Position numbers and translations under genes: made by a program. A model generated the notes under the pieces. The model had not been told where the DNA came from, made no database searches, and was given only the letters and a program-made list of their open reading frames with translations. 64,000 bases of DNA, from NCBI GenBank assembly GCA_964016885.1, contig OZ024740.1:315952001-316016000 (forward strand), written 5' to 3'. Of the stretch, positions 43,263 through 58,900 are shown in pieces. This DNA comes from Eledone cirrhosa (taxonomy: Eukaryota). Within the stretch, counting starts at the first letter, position 1, and every line of letters starts with the position of its first letter.

Positions 43263-44444
43263 AAACTGATAAATGTCTGGTAGCATAATACTATGTCAGA
43301 GTACTATGACAGAGTGAATTCTTTGTTGTAACTATTTCATTTCGCTTTAACCTTCCTAGAAAGCAATGGGTCTCCCTTAATCAGATCCACACAACACCTA
43401 CCACTACAGCCCATCATCTCCATTGATGGAAAATAAAAGGCAGCCGAGCATGTGACTGTGGGGACCCTGACTGGACAGTGCTGCATGCTGTTCATGATCG
43501 CCCCCTTGAACATTTTCCCCATGGCCTGGAGTCAATCCATAATACTACAAATGACACCGTAGTCTGGCTCACCAATCTCTATCTGTCTCTCTAATCATTG
43601 TGCATATGATATAAGATTTCACTTATGTTGGTAATGCAAAGTCAATTCATTGTTGTAACTATTTCATTTCACTTATGTTGCTAATGTAATAATATATCCT
43701 TTCACTGAATTCAATATGACTAATCACTCATTGATAGATAATATTTCTATTTCTCCAGGGTCAATAAAATACACACACTCATTTACTATTCAACTTTTTA
43801 TGCTTGTGTGAGAAATATAATTTTATTTGGTTACACATTCATACATGCAACCATAACTGTCTTGAGTCAATCAGGGAAGCCTCCATATAATCGCTCGACC
43901 TGGTAGAAATAGAAACCATAGCCCTCTCAAATCATACACTGCTGTCTTAAAAATATAACCATTGAATAGTGAGCTCCTATTTACATTATGTCTAAAAAGG
44001 ACAGGATGGTCATGCTTGGAATATCATCATTTAAAATCCACTTTTCCTGCTAGCAAGTGTTGGATGGGTCTACATAGACCAAGTCAGTATTGAAGCAAGG
44101 CCACTGACCTCCCAGACAGGTCAAAGGGCCTGTATTCTGCTTACATATGGTCCTATCAAATGCAGAGGAGAAGTTGTCATGTCTTTTGACACAAACTGAA
44201 AGCTTCTGTCAACCCCTTCAAAAAAAGTCAGCTCCCTCAGAGCTAACCTGGGGTAAGTATCCCACTTACATATGGTCATATCAAGTGCAGAGGAGAAGTT
44301 ATTCTGTCTTTTGACACAAACTGAAGGGTTCTCTCAACCCATTGAAAAAAAGTCTGCTTGCTCTGAGCTAACCTAGGGCCAAATAAAAAGAGCAAGCATA
44401 GCTCTGCAGTAAAAATAATTTGTAGTCATGCTTTCCAGCATAGT

Positions 44445-44578
44445 TACGTCCCTTTACGATCTGAGTTCAAATCCCGCCGAGGTTGACTTTGCCTTTCATC
44501 CTTACGGGGTCGATAAAATAAAGTACCAGTAATGCACTGGGTAATTGCTGGCTTTGTGCCAAAAGTAGAAACAATTAT
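44445..44578 (+). mobile_element. SINE copy (family of 22613-22799)
   Basis: GATCTGAGTTCAAATCCCGCCGAGGTTGACTTTGCCTTTCATCC..AAAAGTAGAAACAATT. Confidence 0.85.
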
Positions 44579-45724
44579 GTAGAAGAATATTATAGGCAAG
44601 AAGTAGTTAAAATCTTTTGATAGCCACTCCATCTGCAGTCAATTACTTGACTTTTTGAGATCAGAGACATCAATCAATGACTAATTAGTCATATTGTCTG
44701 TTAATGGCACTTATGTTATCATGGAGGAGGGGGTGAAATTAGAAATGTAGATTAGTGAACTAAATATGTAATCTTGTGTAATCTATACAATATCATCGAC
44801 TTTAACCCTTTCATCACTGTATTTCTATTGAAATATACTTTATTTGAATTAATTTATGAAGAATTTGGGAAGATTTTGTTAAAATTATTACTGTATATAC
44901 TCAAATATAAGCCAAGGAATATGTGACCCCAAAAAATTGATGGTAGAAAGGGCCTTGGCTTATATTTAGGGGTCAATAGTTTGATGATTTTCACCAACTT
45001 CAAATTCTATGTAAATAAGTTTTGGATTTTTGTCCATTTCTCAGACATAAGATAGTGGGGTTCGCTTATATTCTCAGCTTATAATGGAGTATATATGGTA
45101 AATAATTCATTATTAGAAGGATATTTGTAACAAAAAGTTCTTATATTAAATTATGTTGAAAGATTTTAATTTATATAGGAACCCTTTAAAATAGGTGGTT
45201 TTGTCTCATAGAACCTGATCTGTTTTGGGGGTGGGTTTGTATAAAAAGGATTAAATAGAAACCCTTTAAAATGTGTGGTATTGTTTTACAGAACCAAAGC
45301 TGGATTTTGGATGGGTTGGTATCAACAGGGTTAATGGTGTAAAAGGAAATGAAGGTAAATCATCAAACATTCCCCCAAAACTGGTGTAGCCAGTCATTGG
45401 GGCGCCACTCTAAACACTCTCGCAGTTAGCTGTCACTACCGGTCTCTATTCTCCATCATACGCAGAAGAGTCTTGGTGTTGTGACCAGTCAAGTTTTTTA
45501 TGTAACACCTCCCTAAATACAGACCTGAATAATTTGCATTGTTGATTTCCTTCTGGTAGGTATTTAAAAAAACATTTGCTTTTTTCTCCGTGTGATAAAG
45601 GAATTTAGGCTACTAAGAATGTTTCTAGCTGACTTTCACACAACATATAGCTGAATTATATATCTGTATGGCCATCAATATCCAGTTTAGAATAGGTAAA
45701 CTGTAAAAGTGCATGTTGTAAGAA

Positions 45725-45964
45725 TTAACCCTTTCATGACCACATTTCTAATGAAATACACTCTATTTGAATTAATTAATGAAGTATTTTGTGAGATTTA
45801 CTAAAATTATTAATTATTTCATTACTAAGATAGTAACTTAATGTAAGGTTCTTATATAAAATTATGTTGGAAGATTTTAATTTAAATTGGAAACCTTTAA
45901 AATAGGTGGTTTTATTTTATAGAACCAAAGCAAGTTTTGCCCGGGTTGGTAACTAAAGGGTTAA
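45725..45964. mobile_element. MITE with TTAACCCTTT..AAAGGGTTAA termini (relative at ~44802-45334)
   Basis: TTAA-flanked CCCTTT/AAAGGG ends; internal similarity to 44802-45334. Confidence 0.7.
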
Positions 45965-46219
45965 GTAAAAGTTAAGGAAGAGTATCTTGCTGTAAAACAT
46001 TGCCTCAAAAACTCTTATCCAACCCATGCCTGCATAGAAAAGTCAATGTAAAAACAAGTGATAATGATTTTGTGTCTATATGATAGTGAAACATGAGAAG
46101 TAGTGCAGAAATCTGCAGCAGTTATAGAGAAATTAGTTAAATATTGTTTATTGAAAATATTGGCTAATGTTTGTAAATGAGGCAGCTACACTGATAGAGA
46201 TATATCATGTAGATGGATT

Positions 46220-46430
46220 ATACGAAGGTTGCCTGAATAGTTCATAGGCTGACCAAGATACTCTCATGGAATGACCAAATGAGGTTTACTTTTCAACATA
46301 GTCCCTGGAAAGAAACAGTAACAATGTAGTTATTAATAAGAAGAGTTGAAATTAATGCATGCAAGATTTCACAGCTCTAGCATCACTCTTCATAGTCAGC
46401 CTATGAACTTTTCAACCGACCCTCATGAGT
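46220..46430. mobile_element. mariner-like MITE (shorter relative at ~46463-46540)
   Basis: TIR-like GAAGGTTG..AGTTCATAGGCTGAC / GTCAGCCTATGAACT..CCGACCCTC. Confidence 0.6.
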
Positions 46431-47378
46431 TTATATATATATATATATATATATACTCACACATGAGGTTCAACTGAAGAGTTCATAGACTGACCACCTA
46501 TTTCATAGTCAGCCTATGATATTTTCATCTGACCTTCAAACACATACCATTTAATAGTGTCCTGTATTGGAGGATGATCCCTCAGTGCTGAGTCAAGCCA
46601 AAGAAGTCGGATTAGTTAAGATTTGAGAAGATTCACAGATGAGCTAATACAACAGTATCACTGATGTTCTTTATATTTAAATATATGGTTATGAAATAGA
46701 ACTGGATTAAGTCCTTTTGAGGCCCTAAACACTTAAAAGATTATAGTGATTCCAATATATGAAGTCTGCCCAAAAACACTTTTTTTGGAATAACAGATAC
46801 AGGTATACCTCAGCTTATATCATTTTAAGTTTTATCATTTTTGAAGTTACGGTAGCTTTTCTTAATATTATATGGCAAAAAAAAACCTAGTGTTATGTTG
46901 ATTGACTCAGCTTTCGTCGGTCTGCAAAAAAATATTAAACCATAAAAAAACACTTAAAAATACAACAAAACCAATAAAAACATAGTCACATTTATATAGT
47001 ATACTGTACTGTATATTGCATCTACATTAAAGTACAGCACTCGTGATGTCAGTTAGGGGTTTAGGGGGGGGGGGGGGGGGTAAATTGGCATTTGTTGTTT
47101 TTCAATTCAAGTCTTGACTTCTGGAACCAATTAATGATGTAGGGCCAAATGTACCTGTACATTTAATTTGAATAATATAGTGCCCCTTTTCTCTTGATTC
47201 CCTAAGTATGTGTTTAAACTGGCCGTATCTGGCCAGAATTCTCTCAACTTTTCTGTTGAAACTGGCCGTAATTAGCCATTCATACTGATGTTAAGGTATT
47301 GTTCTCAAAATAAATATCAAAATTTCATAGATTTGATATTATGTCAGGTAAAGAAAGCATTTACCATGAAAATATAAT

Positions 47379-47528
47379 TGTTTCTACTTTAGGCACAAGG
47401 CCAGCAATTACCCAGTGCATTACTGGTACTTTATTTTATCGACCCCGTAAGGATGAAAGGCAAAGTCAACCTCGGCGGGATTTGAACTCAGAATGGCAAG
47501 GGCGGTAACTCTATGCGTCAAAGCAGAT
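47379..47528 (-). mobile_element. SINE copy inserted in a MITE, 21-bp TSD
   Basis: Reverse complement of 44445-44578; TSD CATTTACCATGAAAATATAAT at 47358-47378 and 47529-47549. Confidence 0.88.
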
Positions 47529-47888
47529 CATTTACCATGAAAATATAATAGTAAATATAGAGTAATGTAAATGATAATGGGTTAATGGTTAATCCAGCCC
47601 TGTTTCCAAATCACAAAGATTTATAGGGTTGGTGTATTTCCCTGATTTCAATAGCTTTTAAGTTGATTAGAGATACATTTTCTCCTGAATAGGAAGGATA
47701 CTTGACATAGTGGATAGCTTTTCCTGTTGGAAGAATTATACTCAGTATTGCAAACAGATAATTTCCTCATCCTATTCTCCTCTCATTTATCACCCCCTCT
47801 TCTTCACAACCATCATCATCATCACCAATTAGCATCTATTTTCTATGCTGGAATGGGTTGGACATGAGTGGAGAATGGGTGTTTTAGC

Positions 47889-50800
47889 ATAGCACCAGTA
47901 CTGCCACTTTACAAGGTAGACTGGGTACATTTTATCATAGCACCAGTACTGCCACTTTACAGGGTAGACTGGGTACATTTTATCATAGCATCAGTACTGC
48001 CACTTTACAGGGTAGACTGGGTGCATTTTATCATAGCACCAGTACTGCCACTTTACAAGGTAAACTGGGTACATTTTATCATAGCACCAGTACTGCCACT
48101 TTACAAGGTAAACTGGGTACATTTTATCATAGCATCAGTACTGCTACTTTACAGGGTAGACTGGGTACATTTTATCATAGCATCAGTACTGCCACTTTAC
48201 AAGGTAGACTGGGTGCATTTTATCATAGCACCAGTACTGCCACTTTACAGGGTAGACTGGGTGCATTTTATTATAGCATCACTACTGCCACTTTACAAGG
48301 TAGACTGGGTGCATTTTATCATAGCACCAGTACTGCCACTTTACAGGGTAGACTGGGTACATTTCATTATAGCATCAGTACTGCCACTTTACAAGGTAGA
48401 CTGGGTGCATTTTATCATAGCATCAGTACTGCTACTTTACAGGGTAGACTGGGTACATTTTATCATAGCATCAGTACTGCCACTTTACAAGGTAGACTGG
48501 GTGCATTTTATCATAGCACCAGTACTGCCACTTTACAGGGTAGACTGGTTACATTTTATCATAGTATCAGTACTACCACTTTACAAGGTAGACTGGGTGC
48601 ATTTTATCATAGCACCAGTACTGCCACTTTACAGGGTAGACTGGGTACATTTTATCATAGCACCAGTACTGCCACTTTACAGGGTAGACCAGGTACATTT
48701 TATCATAGCACCAGTACTGCCACTTTACAGGGTAGACTGGTTACATTTTATTATAGCATCAGTACTGCCACTTTGCAGGGTAGACTGGGTACATTTCATT
48801 ATAGCATCAGTACTACCACTTTACAGGGTAGACTGGGTGCATTTTATCATAGCATCAGTACTGCCACTTTGCAGGGTAGACTGGGTACATTTCTTTATAG
48901 CATCAGTACTACCACTTTACAGTGTAGACTGGGTGCATTTCATTATAGCATCAGTACTACCACTTTACAGGGTAGACTGGGTGCATTTTATCATAGCATC
49001 AGTACTGCCACTTTACAGGGTAGACTGGGTGCATTTTATCATAGCACCAATACTGCCACTTTACAGGGTAGACTTGGTACATTTTATCATAGCACCAGTA
49101 CTGCCACTTTACAGGGTAGACTGGGTACATTTTATCATAGCACCAGTACTACCACTTTACAGGGTAGATTGGGTACATTTTATCATAGCACCAGTACTGC
49201 CACTTTACAGGGTAGACTGGGTGCATTTTATCATAGCACCAGTACTGCCACTTTACAGGGTAGACGGGGTGCATTTTATTATAGCATCAGTACTACCACT
49301 TTACAGGGTAGACCAGGTACATTTTATCATAGCATCAGTACTGCCACTTTACAGGGTAGACTGGGTACATTTTATCATAGCATCAGTACTACCACTTTAC
49401 AGGGTAGACTGGGTACATTTTATCATAGCATCAGTACTGCCACTTTACAGGGTAGACTGGGTACATTTTATTATAGCATCAGTACTACCACTTTACAGGG
49501 TAGACCAGGTACATTTTATTATAGCATCAGTACTACCACTTTACAGGGTAGACCAGGTACATTTTATCATAGCATCAGTACTGCCACTTTACAGGGTAGA
49601 CTGGGTACATTTTATTATAGCACCAGTACTGCCACTTTACAGGGTAGACTGGGTACATTTTATTATAGCACCAATACTACCACTTTACAGGGTAGACTGG
49701 GTACATTTTATTATAGCACCAGTACTGCCACTTTACAGGGTAGACTGGGTACATTTTATTATAGCACTAGTACTGCCACTTTACAGGGTAGACTGAGTAC
49801 ATTTTATTATAGCACCAATACTACCACTTTACAGGGTAGACTGGGTACATTTTATTATAGCACCAGTACTGCCACTTTACAGGGTAGACTGGGTACATTT
49901 TATCATAGCACCAGTACTGCCACTTTACAGGGTAGACAGGGTACATTTTATCATAGCATCAGTACTGCCACTTTACAGGGTAGACCAGGTACATTTTATC
50001 ATAGCACCAGTACTGCCACTTTACAGGGTAGACTGGGTACATTTTATTATAGCACCAATACTACCACTTTACAGGGTAGACTGGGTACATTTTATTATAG
50101 CACCAGTACTGCCACTTTACAGGGTAGACTGGGTACATTTTATTATAGCACTAGTACTGCCACTTTACAGGGTAGACTGAGTACATTTTATTATAGCACC
50201 AATACTACCACTTTACAGGGTAGACTGGGTACATTTTATCATAGCACCAGTACTGCCACTTTACAGGGTAGACTGGGTACATTTTATCATAGCACCAGTA
50301 CTGCCACTTTACAGGGTAGACTGGGTACATTTTATCATAGCATCAGTACTACCACTTTACAGGGTAGACTGGGTGCATTTTATCATAGCATCAGTACTGC
50401 CACTTTACAAGGTAGACTGGGTACATTTTATCATAGCACCAGTACTGCCACTTTACAGGGTAGACTGGGTACATTTTATTATAGCACCAGTACTGCCACT
50501 TTACAGGGTAGACTGGGTACATTTCATTATAGCACCAGTACTGCCACTTTACAGGGTAGACTGGGTACATTTCATTATAGCACCAGTACTGCCACTTTAC
50601 AGGGTAGACTGGGTACATTTTATCATAGCACCAGTACTGCCACTTTACAGGGTAGACCAGGTACATTTCATCATAGCACCAGTACTGCCACTTTACAGGG
50701 TAGACTGGGTACATTTCATTATAGCACCAGCACTACCACTGTACAGGGTAGACTGGGTACATTTCATTATAGCACCAGTACTACCACTTTACAGGGTAGA

Positions 50801-52890
50801 CTGGGTACATTTTATTATAGCACCAGTACTGCCACTTTACAGGGTAGACTGGGTACATTTTATTATAGCACCAGTACTGCCACTTTACAGGGTAGACTGG
50901 GTACATTTTATCATAGCACCAGTACTGCCACTTTACAGGGTAGACTGGGTACATTTTATCATAGCACCAGTACTGCCACTTTACAGGGTAGACCAGGTAC
51001 ATTTCATCATAGCACCAGTACTGCCACTTTACAGGGTAGACTGGGTACATTTCATTATAGCATCAGTACTACCACTTTACAGGGTAAACTGGGTACATTT
51101 TATCATAGCACCAGTACTGCCACTTTACAGGGTAGACTGGGTACATTTTATTATAGCACCAATACTACCACTTTACAGGGTAGACTGGGTACATTTTATT
51201 ATAGCACCAGTACTGCCACTTTACAGGGTAGACTGGGTACATTTTATTATAGCACTAGTACTGCCACTTTACAGGGTAGACTGAGTACATTTTATTATAG
51301 CACCAATACTACCACTTTACAGGGTAGACTGGGTACATTTTATCATAGCACCAGTACTGCCACTTTACAGGGTAGACTGGGTACATTTTATCATAGCACC
51401 AGTACTGCCACTTTACAGGGTAGACTGGGTACATTTTATCATAGCATCAGTACTACCACTTTACAGGGTAGACTGGGTGCATTTTATCATAGCATCAGTA
51501 CTGCCACTTTACAAGGTAGACTGGGTACATTTTATCATAGCACCAGTACTGCCACTTTACAGGGTAGACTGGGTACATTTTATTATAGCACCAGTACTGC
51601 CACTTTACAGGGTAGACTGGGTACATTTCATTATAGCACCAGTACTGCCACTTTACAGGGTAGACTGGGTACATTTCATTATAGCACCAGTACTGCCACT
51701 TTACAGGGTAGACTGGGTACATTTTATCATAGCACCAGTACTGCCACTTTACAGGGTAGACCAGGTACATTTCATCATAGCACCAGTACTGCCACTTTAC
51801 AGGGTAGACTGGGTACATTTCATTATAGCACCAGCACTACCACTGTACAGGGTAGACTGGGTACATTTCATTATAGCACCAGTACTACCACTTTACAGGG
51901 TAGACTGGGTACATTTTATTATAGCACCAGTACTGCCACTTTACAGGGTAGACTGGGTACATTTTATTATAGCACCAGTACTGCCACTTTACAGGGTAGA
52001 CTGGGTACATTTTATCATAGCACCAGTACTGCCACTTTACAGGGTAGACTGGGTACATTTTATCATAGCATCAGTACTGCCACTTTACAGGGTAGACCAG
52101 GTACATTTCATCATAGCACCAGTACTGCCACTTTACAGGGTAGACTGGGTACATTTCATTATAGCATCAGTACTACCACTTTACAGGGTAAACTGGGTAC
52201 ATTTTATCATAGCATCAGTACTGCCTCTTTACAGGGTAGACTGGGTACATTTTATCATAGCACCAGTACTGCCACTTTACAGGGTAGACTGGGTACATTT
52301 TATCATAGCATCAGTACTGCCACTTTACAGGGTAGACTGGGTACATTTTATCATAGCACCAGTACTGCCACTTTACAGGGTAGACTGGGGGCATTTTATT
52401 ATAGCACCAGTACTGCCACTTTACAGGGTAGACTGGGTGCATTTTATCATAGCATCAGTACTGCCACTTTACAGGGTAGACTGGGTGCATTTTATTATAG
52501 CACCAGTACTGCCACTTTACAGGGTAGACTGGGTGCATTTTATCATAGCATCAGTACTGCCACTTTACAGGGTAGACCAGGTACATTTTATCATAGCACC
52601 AGTACTGCCACTTTACAGGGTAGACTGGGTACATTTCATTATAGCACCAGTACTGCCACTTTACAGGGTAGACTGGGTACATTTTATTATAGCACCAGTA
52701 CTGCCACTTTACATGGTAGACTGGGTACATTTTATTATAGCACCAGTACTGCCACTTTACAGGGTAGACTGGGGACATTTTATTATAGCACCAGTAGTGC
52801 CACTTTACAGGGTAGACTGGGTACATTTTATTATAGCACCAGTACTGCCACTTTACAGGGTAGACCAGGTACATTTCCTCGTAACACCAC
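47889..52890. repeat. 48-bp minisatellite (~104 units)
   Basis: Unit ATAGCACCAGTACTGCCACTTTACAGGGTAGACTGGGTACATTTTATC; 16-aa periodicity in the ORF track. Confidence 0.97.
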
Positions 52891-52961
52891 CATTAATTTG
52901 AATGTACCTTCACTGTCTGCAGTTTCTCTTTAGATGTACTGGAACACAAGCGGTATTAATT

Positions 52962-55900
52962 ACCTTAGTTCCACACTTAATACTGTTGACAGACCTTAGT
53001 TCCACACTTAATACTGTTGACAGACCTTAGTTCCACACTTAAAGTTGTTGACAGGACCTTAGTTCCACACTTAATACTGTTGATAGACCTCAGCTCCACA
53101 CTTAATGTTGTTGACAGACCTTAGTTCCACACTTAATACTGTTGATAGACCTCAGCTCCACATTTAATGTTGTTGACAGACCTTAGCTCCACACTTAATA
53201 CTGTTGACAGACCTTAGTTCCACACTTAATGTTGTTGACAGACCTTAGATCCACACTTAATACTGTTGACAGACCTTAGTTCCACACTTAATGCTGTTGA
53301 TAGACCTCAGCTCCACACTTAATGTTGTTGACAGGACCTTAGTTCCACACGTAATGTTGTTGACAGGACCTTAGTTCCAGACTTAATACTGTTGACAGGA
53401 CCTTAGCTCCACACTTAATACTGTTGACAGACCTTAGTTCCACACTTAATGTTGTTGACAGGACCTTAGTTCCACACTTAATGTTGTTGACAGACCTTAG
53501 TTCCACACTTAATGTTGTTGACAGGACCTTAGTTCCACACTTAATACTGTTGACAGGACCTTAGTTCCACACTTAATACTGTTGACAGACCTTAGTTCCA
53601 CACTTAATGTTGTTGACAGGACCTTAGCTCCACACTTAATACTGTTGACAGGACCTTAGTTCCACACTTAATTTTGTTGACAGGACCTTAGTTCCACACT
53701 TATTACTGTTGACAGGACCTTAGTTCCACACTTAATACTGTTGACAGACCTTAGTTCCACACTTAATACTGTTGACAGGACCTTAGTTCCACACTTAATA
53801 CTGTTGACAGGACCTTAGTTCCACACTTAATACTGTTGACAGGACCTTAGCTCCACACTTAATACTGTTGACAGGACCTTAGTTCCACACTTAATACTGT
53901 TGACAGGACCTTAGCTCCACACTTAATGTTGTTGACAGGACCTTAGTTCCACACTTAATACTGTTGACAGGACCTTAGCTCCACACTTAATACTGTTGAC
54001 AGGACCTTAGTTCCACACTTAATACTGTTGATAGGACCTTAGTTCCACACTTAATACTGTTGACAGACCTTAGTTCCACACTTAATGTTGTTGACAGGAC
54101 CTTAGTTCCACACTTAATACTGTTGACAGGACCTTAGCTCCACACTTAATACTGTTGACAGGACCTTAGCTCCACACTTAATACTGTTGACAGACCTTAG
54201 CTCCACACTTAATACTGTTGACAGACCTTAGCTCCACACTTAATACTGTTGACAGACCTTAGTTCCACACTTAATGTTAAAGACAGGACCTTAGTTCCAC
54301 ACTTAATACTGTTGACAGACCTTAGTTCCACACTTAATACTGTTGACAGACCTTAGCTCCACACTTAATACTGTTGACAGACCTTAGTTCCACACTTAAT
54401 ACTGTTGACAGGACCTTAGTTCCACACTTAATACTGTTGACAGGACCTTAGTTCCACACTTAATACTGTTGACAGGACCTTAGTTCCACACTTAATACTG
54501 TTGACAGGACCTTAGTTCCACACTTAATACTGTTGACAGGACCTTAGTTCCACACATAATACTGTTGACAGACCTTAGCTCCACACTTAATACTGTTGAC
54601 AGGACCTTAGTTCCAGACTTAATACTGTTGACAGACCTTAGCTCCACACTTAATACTGTTGACAGGACCTTAGTTCCACACTTAATACTGTTGACAGGAC
54701 CTTAGTTCCACACTTAATACTGTTGACAGGACCTTAGTTCCACACTTAATACTGTTGACAGGACCTTAGCTCCACACTTAATACTGTTGACAGGACCTTA
54801 GTTCCACACTTAATACTGTTGACAGGACCTTAGCTCCACACTTAATGTTGTTGACAGGACCTTAGTTCCACACTTAATACTGTTGACAGGACCTTAGCTC
54901 CACACTTAATACTGTTGACAGGACCTTAGTTCCACACTTAATACTGTTGACAGACCTTAGCTCCACACTTAATACTGTTGACAGGACCTTAGTTCCACAC
55001 TTAATACTGTTGACAGGACCTTAGCTCCACACTTAATACTGTTGACAGGACCTTAGCTCCACACTTAATACTGTTGACAGACCTTAGTTCCACACTTAAT
55101 GTTAAAGACAGGACCTTAGTTCCACACTTAATACTGTTGACAGACCTTAGTTCCACACTTAATACTGTTGACAGACCTTAGTTCCACACTTAATACTGTT
55201 GACAGGACCTTAGTTCCACACTTAATACTGTTGACAGGACCTTAGTTCCACACTTAATACTGTTGACAGGACCTTAGTTCCACACTTAATACTGTTGACA
55301 GGACCTTAGTTCCACACTTAATACTGTTGACAGGACCTTAGTTCCACACATAATACTGTTGACAGACCTTAGCTCCACACTTAATACTGTTGACAGGACC
55401 TTAGTTCCAGACTTAATACTGTTGACAGACCTTAGCTCCACACTTAATACTGTTGACAGGACCTTAGTTCCACACTTAATACTGTTGACAGGACCTTAGT
55501 GCCACACTTAATACTGTTGATAGGACCTTAGTTCCACACTTAATACTGTTGACAGGACCTTAGCTCCACACTTAATACTGTTGACAGGACCTTAGCTCCA
55601 GACTTAATACTGTTGACAGGACCTTAGTTCCACACTTAATACTGTTGACAGGACCTTAGCTCCACACTTAATACTGTTGACAGACCTTAGTTCCACACTT
55701 AATGTTGTTGACAGGACCTTAGTTCCACACTTAATACTGTTGACAGGACCTTAGCTCCACACTTAATACTGTTGACAGACCTTAGTTCCACACTTAATAC
55801 TGTTGACAGACCTTAGTTCCACACTTAATACTGTTGACAGGACCTTAGCTCCACACTTAATACTGTTGACAGACCTTAGTTCCACACTTAATACTGTTGA

Positions 55901-58900
55901 CAGACCTTAGTTCCACACTTAATACTGTTGACAGACCTTAGTTCCACACTTAATACTGTTGACAGACCTTAGTTCCACACTTAATACTGTTGACAGACCT
56001 TAGTTCCACACTTAATACTGTTGACAGACCTTAGTTCCACAGTTAATACTGTTGACAGACCTTAGTTCCACACTTAATACTGTTGACAGGACCTTAGCTC
56101 CACACTTAATACTGTTGACAGGACCTTAGCTCCACACTTAATACTGTTGACAGGACCTTGCTTCCACACTTAATACTGTTGACAGGACCTTAGTTCCACA
56201 CTTAATGTTGTTGACAGGACCTTAGTTCCACACTTAATGTTGTTGACAGACCTTAGCTCCACACTTAATACTGTTGACAGGACCTTAGCTCCACACTTAA
56301 TACTGTTGACAGGACCTTAGTTCCACACTTAATACTGTTGACAGGACCTTAGCTCCATACTTAATGTTGTTGACAGACCTTAGCTCCACACTTAATACTG
56401 TTGACAGGACCTTAGTTCCACACTTAATACTGTTGGCAGACCTTAGCTCCACACTTAATGTTGTTGACAGGACCTTAGCTCCACACTTAATACTGTTGAC
56501 AGACCTTAGTTCCACACTTAATACTGTTGACAGGACCTTAGCACCACACTTAATACTGTTGACAGACCTTAGTTCCACACTTAATACTGTTGACAGGACC
56601 TTAGCTCCACACTTAATACTGTTGACAGGACCTTAGTTCCACACTTAATACTGTTGACAGACCTTAGTTCCACACTTAATGTTGTTGACAGACCTTAGTT
56701 CCACACTTAATGTTGTTAACAGGACCTTAGCTCCACACTTAATACTGTTGACAGGACCTTAGTTCCACACTTAATACTGTTGACAGGACCTTAGTTCCAC
56801 ACTTAATGTTGTTGACAGACCTTAGTTCCACACTTAATGTTGTTAACAGGACCTTAGCTCCACACTTAATACTGTTGACAGGACCTTAGTTCCACACTTA
56901 ATACTGTTGACAGACCTTAGTTCCACACTTAATACTGTTGACAGACCTTAGTTCCACACTTAATGTTGTTGACAGACCTTAGCTCCACACTTAATACTGT
57001 TGACAGACCTTAGTTCCACACTTAATGTTGTTGACAGACCTTAGCTCCACACTTATTACTGTTGACAGGACCTTAGCTCCACACTTAATACTGTTGACAG
57101 GACCTTAGCTCCACACTTAATACTGTTGACAGGACCTTAGCTCCACACTTAATACTGTTGACAGACCTTAGTTCCACACTTAATGTTGTTGACAGGACCT
57201 TAGTTCCACACTTAATACTGTTGACAGACCTTAGTTCCACACTTAATACTGTTGACAGGACCTTAGCTCCACACTTAATACTGTTGACAGACCTTAGTTC
57301 CACACTTAATACTGTTGACAGGACCTTAGCTCCACACTTAATACTGTTGACAGGACCTTAGTTCCACACTTAATACTGTTGACAGGACCTTAGCTCCACA
57401 CTTAATAGTGTTGACAGACCTTAGTTCCACACTTAATGTTGTTGACAGGACCTTAGTTCCACACTTAATACTGTTGACAGGACCTTAGCTCCACACTTAA
57501 TACTGTTGACAGACCTTAGTTCCACACTTAATACTGTTGACAGACCTTAGTTCCACACTTAATACTGTTGACAGGACCTTAGCTCCACACTTAATACTGT
57601 TGACAGACCTTAGTTCCACACTTAATACTGTTGACAGACCTTAGTTCCACACTTAATACTGTTGACAGGACCTTAGTTCCACACTTAATGTTGTTGACAG
57701 GACCTTAGTTCCACACTTAATTTTGTTGACAGACCTTAGCTCCACACTTAATACTGTTGACAGACCTTAGTTCCACACTTAATACTGTTGACAGACCTTA
57801 GTTCCACACTTAATACTGTTGACAGGACCTTAGTTCCACACTTAATGTTGTTGACAGGACCTTAGTTCCACACTTAATGTTGTTGACAGACCTTAGCTCC
57901 ACACTTAATACTGTTGACAGACCTTAGTTCCACACTTAATACTGTTGACAGACCTTAGTTCCACACTTAATACTGTTGACAGGACCTTAGCTCCACACTT
58001 AATACTGTTGACAGGACCTTAGTTCCACACTTAATACTGTTGACAGGACCTTAGTTCCACACTTAATGTTGTTGACAGGACCTTAGTTCCACACTTAATG
58101 TTGTTGACAGACCTTAGCTCCACACTTAATACTGTTGACAGGACCTTAGTTCCACACTTAATACTGTTGACAGGACCTTAGTTCCATACTTAATGTTGTT
58201 GACAGACCTTAGCTCCACACTTAATACTGTTGACAGGACCTTAGTTCCACATTTAATACTGTTGACAGACCTTAGTTCCACACTTAATACTCTTGACAGG
58301 ACCTTAGCTCCACACTTAATACTGTTGACAGACCTTAGTTCCACACTTAATACTGTTGACAGACCTTAGTTCCACACTTAATACTGTTGACAGGACCTTA
58401 GCTCCACACTTAATACTGTTGACAGGACCTTAGTTCCACACTTAATACTGTTGACAGGACCTTAGTTCCACACTTAATGTTGTTGACAGACCTTAGCTCC
58501 ACACTTAATACTGTTGACAAGACCTTAGTTCCACACTTAATACTGTTGACAGACCTTAGTTCCACACTTAATACTGTTGACAGGACCTTAGCTCCACACT
58601 TAATACTGTTGACAGACCTTAGTTCCACACTTAATGTTGTTGACAGGACCTTAGTTCCACACTTAATACTGTTGACAGGACCTTAGCTCCACACTTAATA
58701 CTGTTGACAGACCTTAGTTCCACACTTAATACTGTTGACAGACCTTAGCTCCACACTTAATGTTGTTGACAGGACCTTAGTTCCACACTTAATACTGTTG
58801 ACAGGACCTTAGCTCCACACTTAATACTGTTGACAGGACCTTAGCTCCACACTTAATACTGTTGACAGACCTTAGTTCCACACTTAATACTGTTGACAGA

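Noticed and set aside
47868-52933. 642-aa and 1386-aa repetitive ORFs as a real repeat protein
   Set aside because: A 48-bp unit keeps two frames open by chance; substitutions do not favour one frame, starts are non-ATG, and the unit traces to a retroelement UTR
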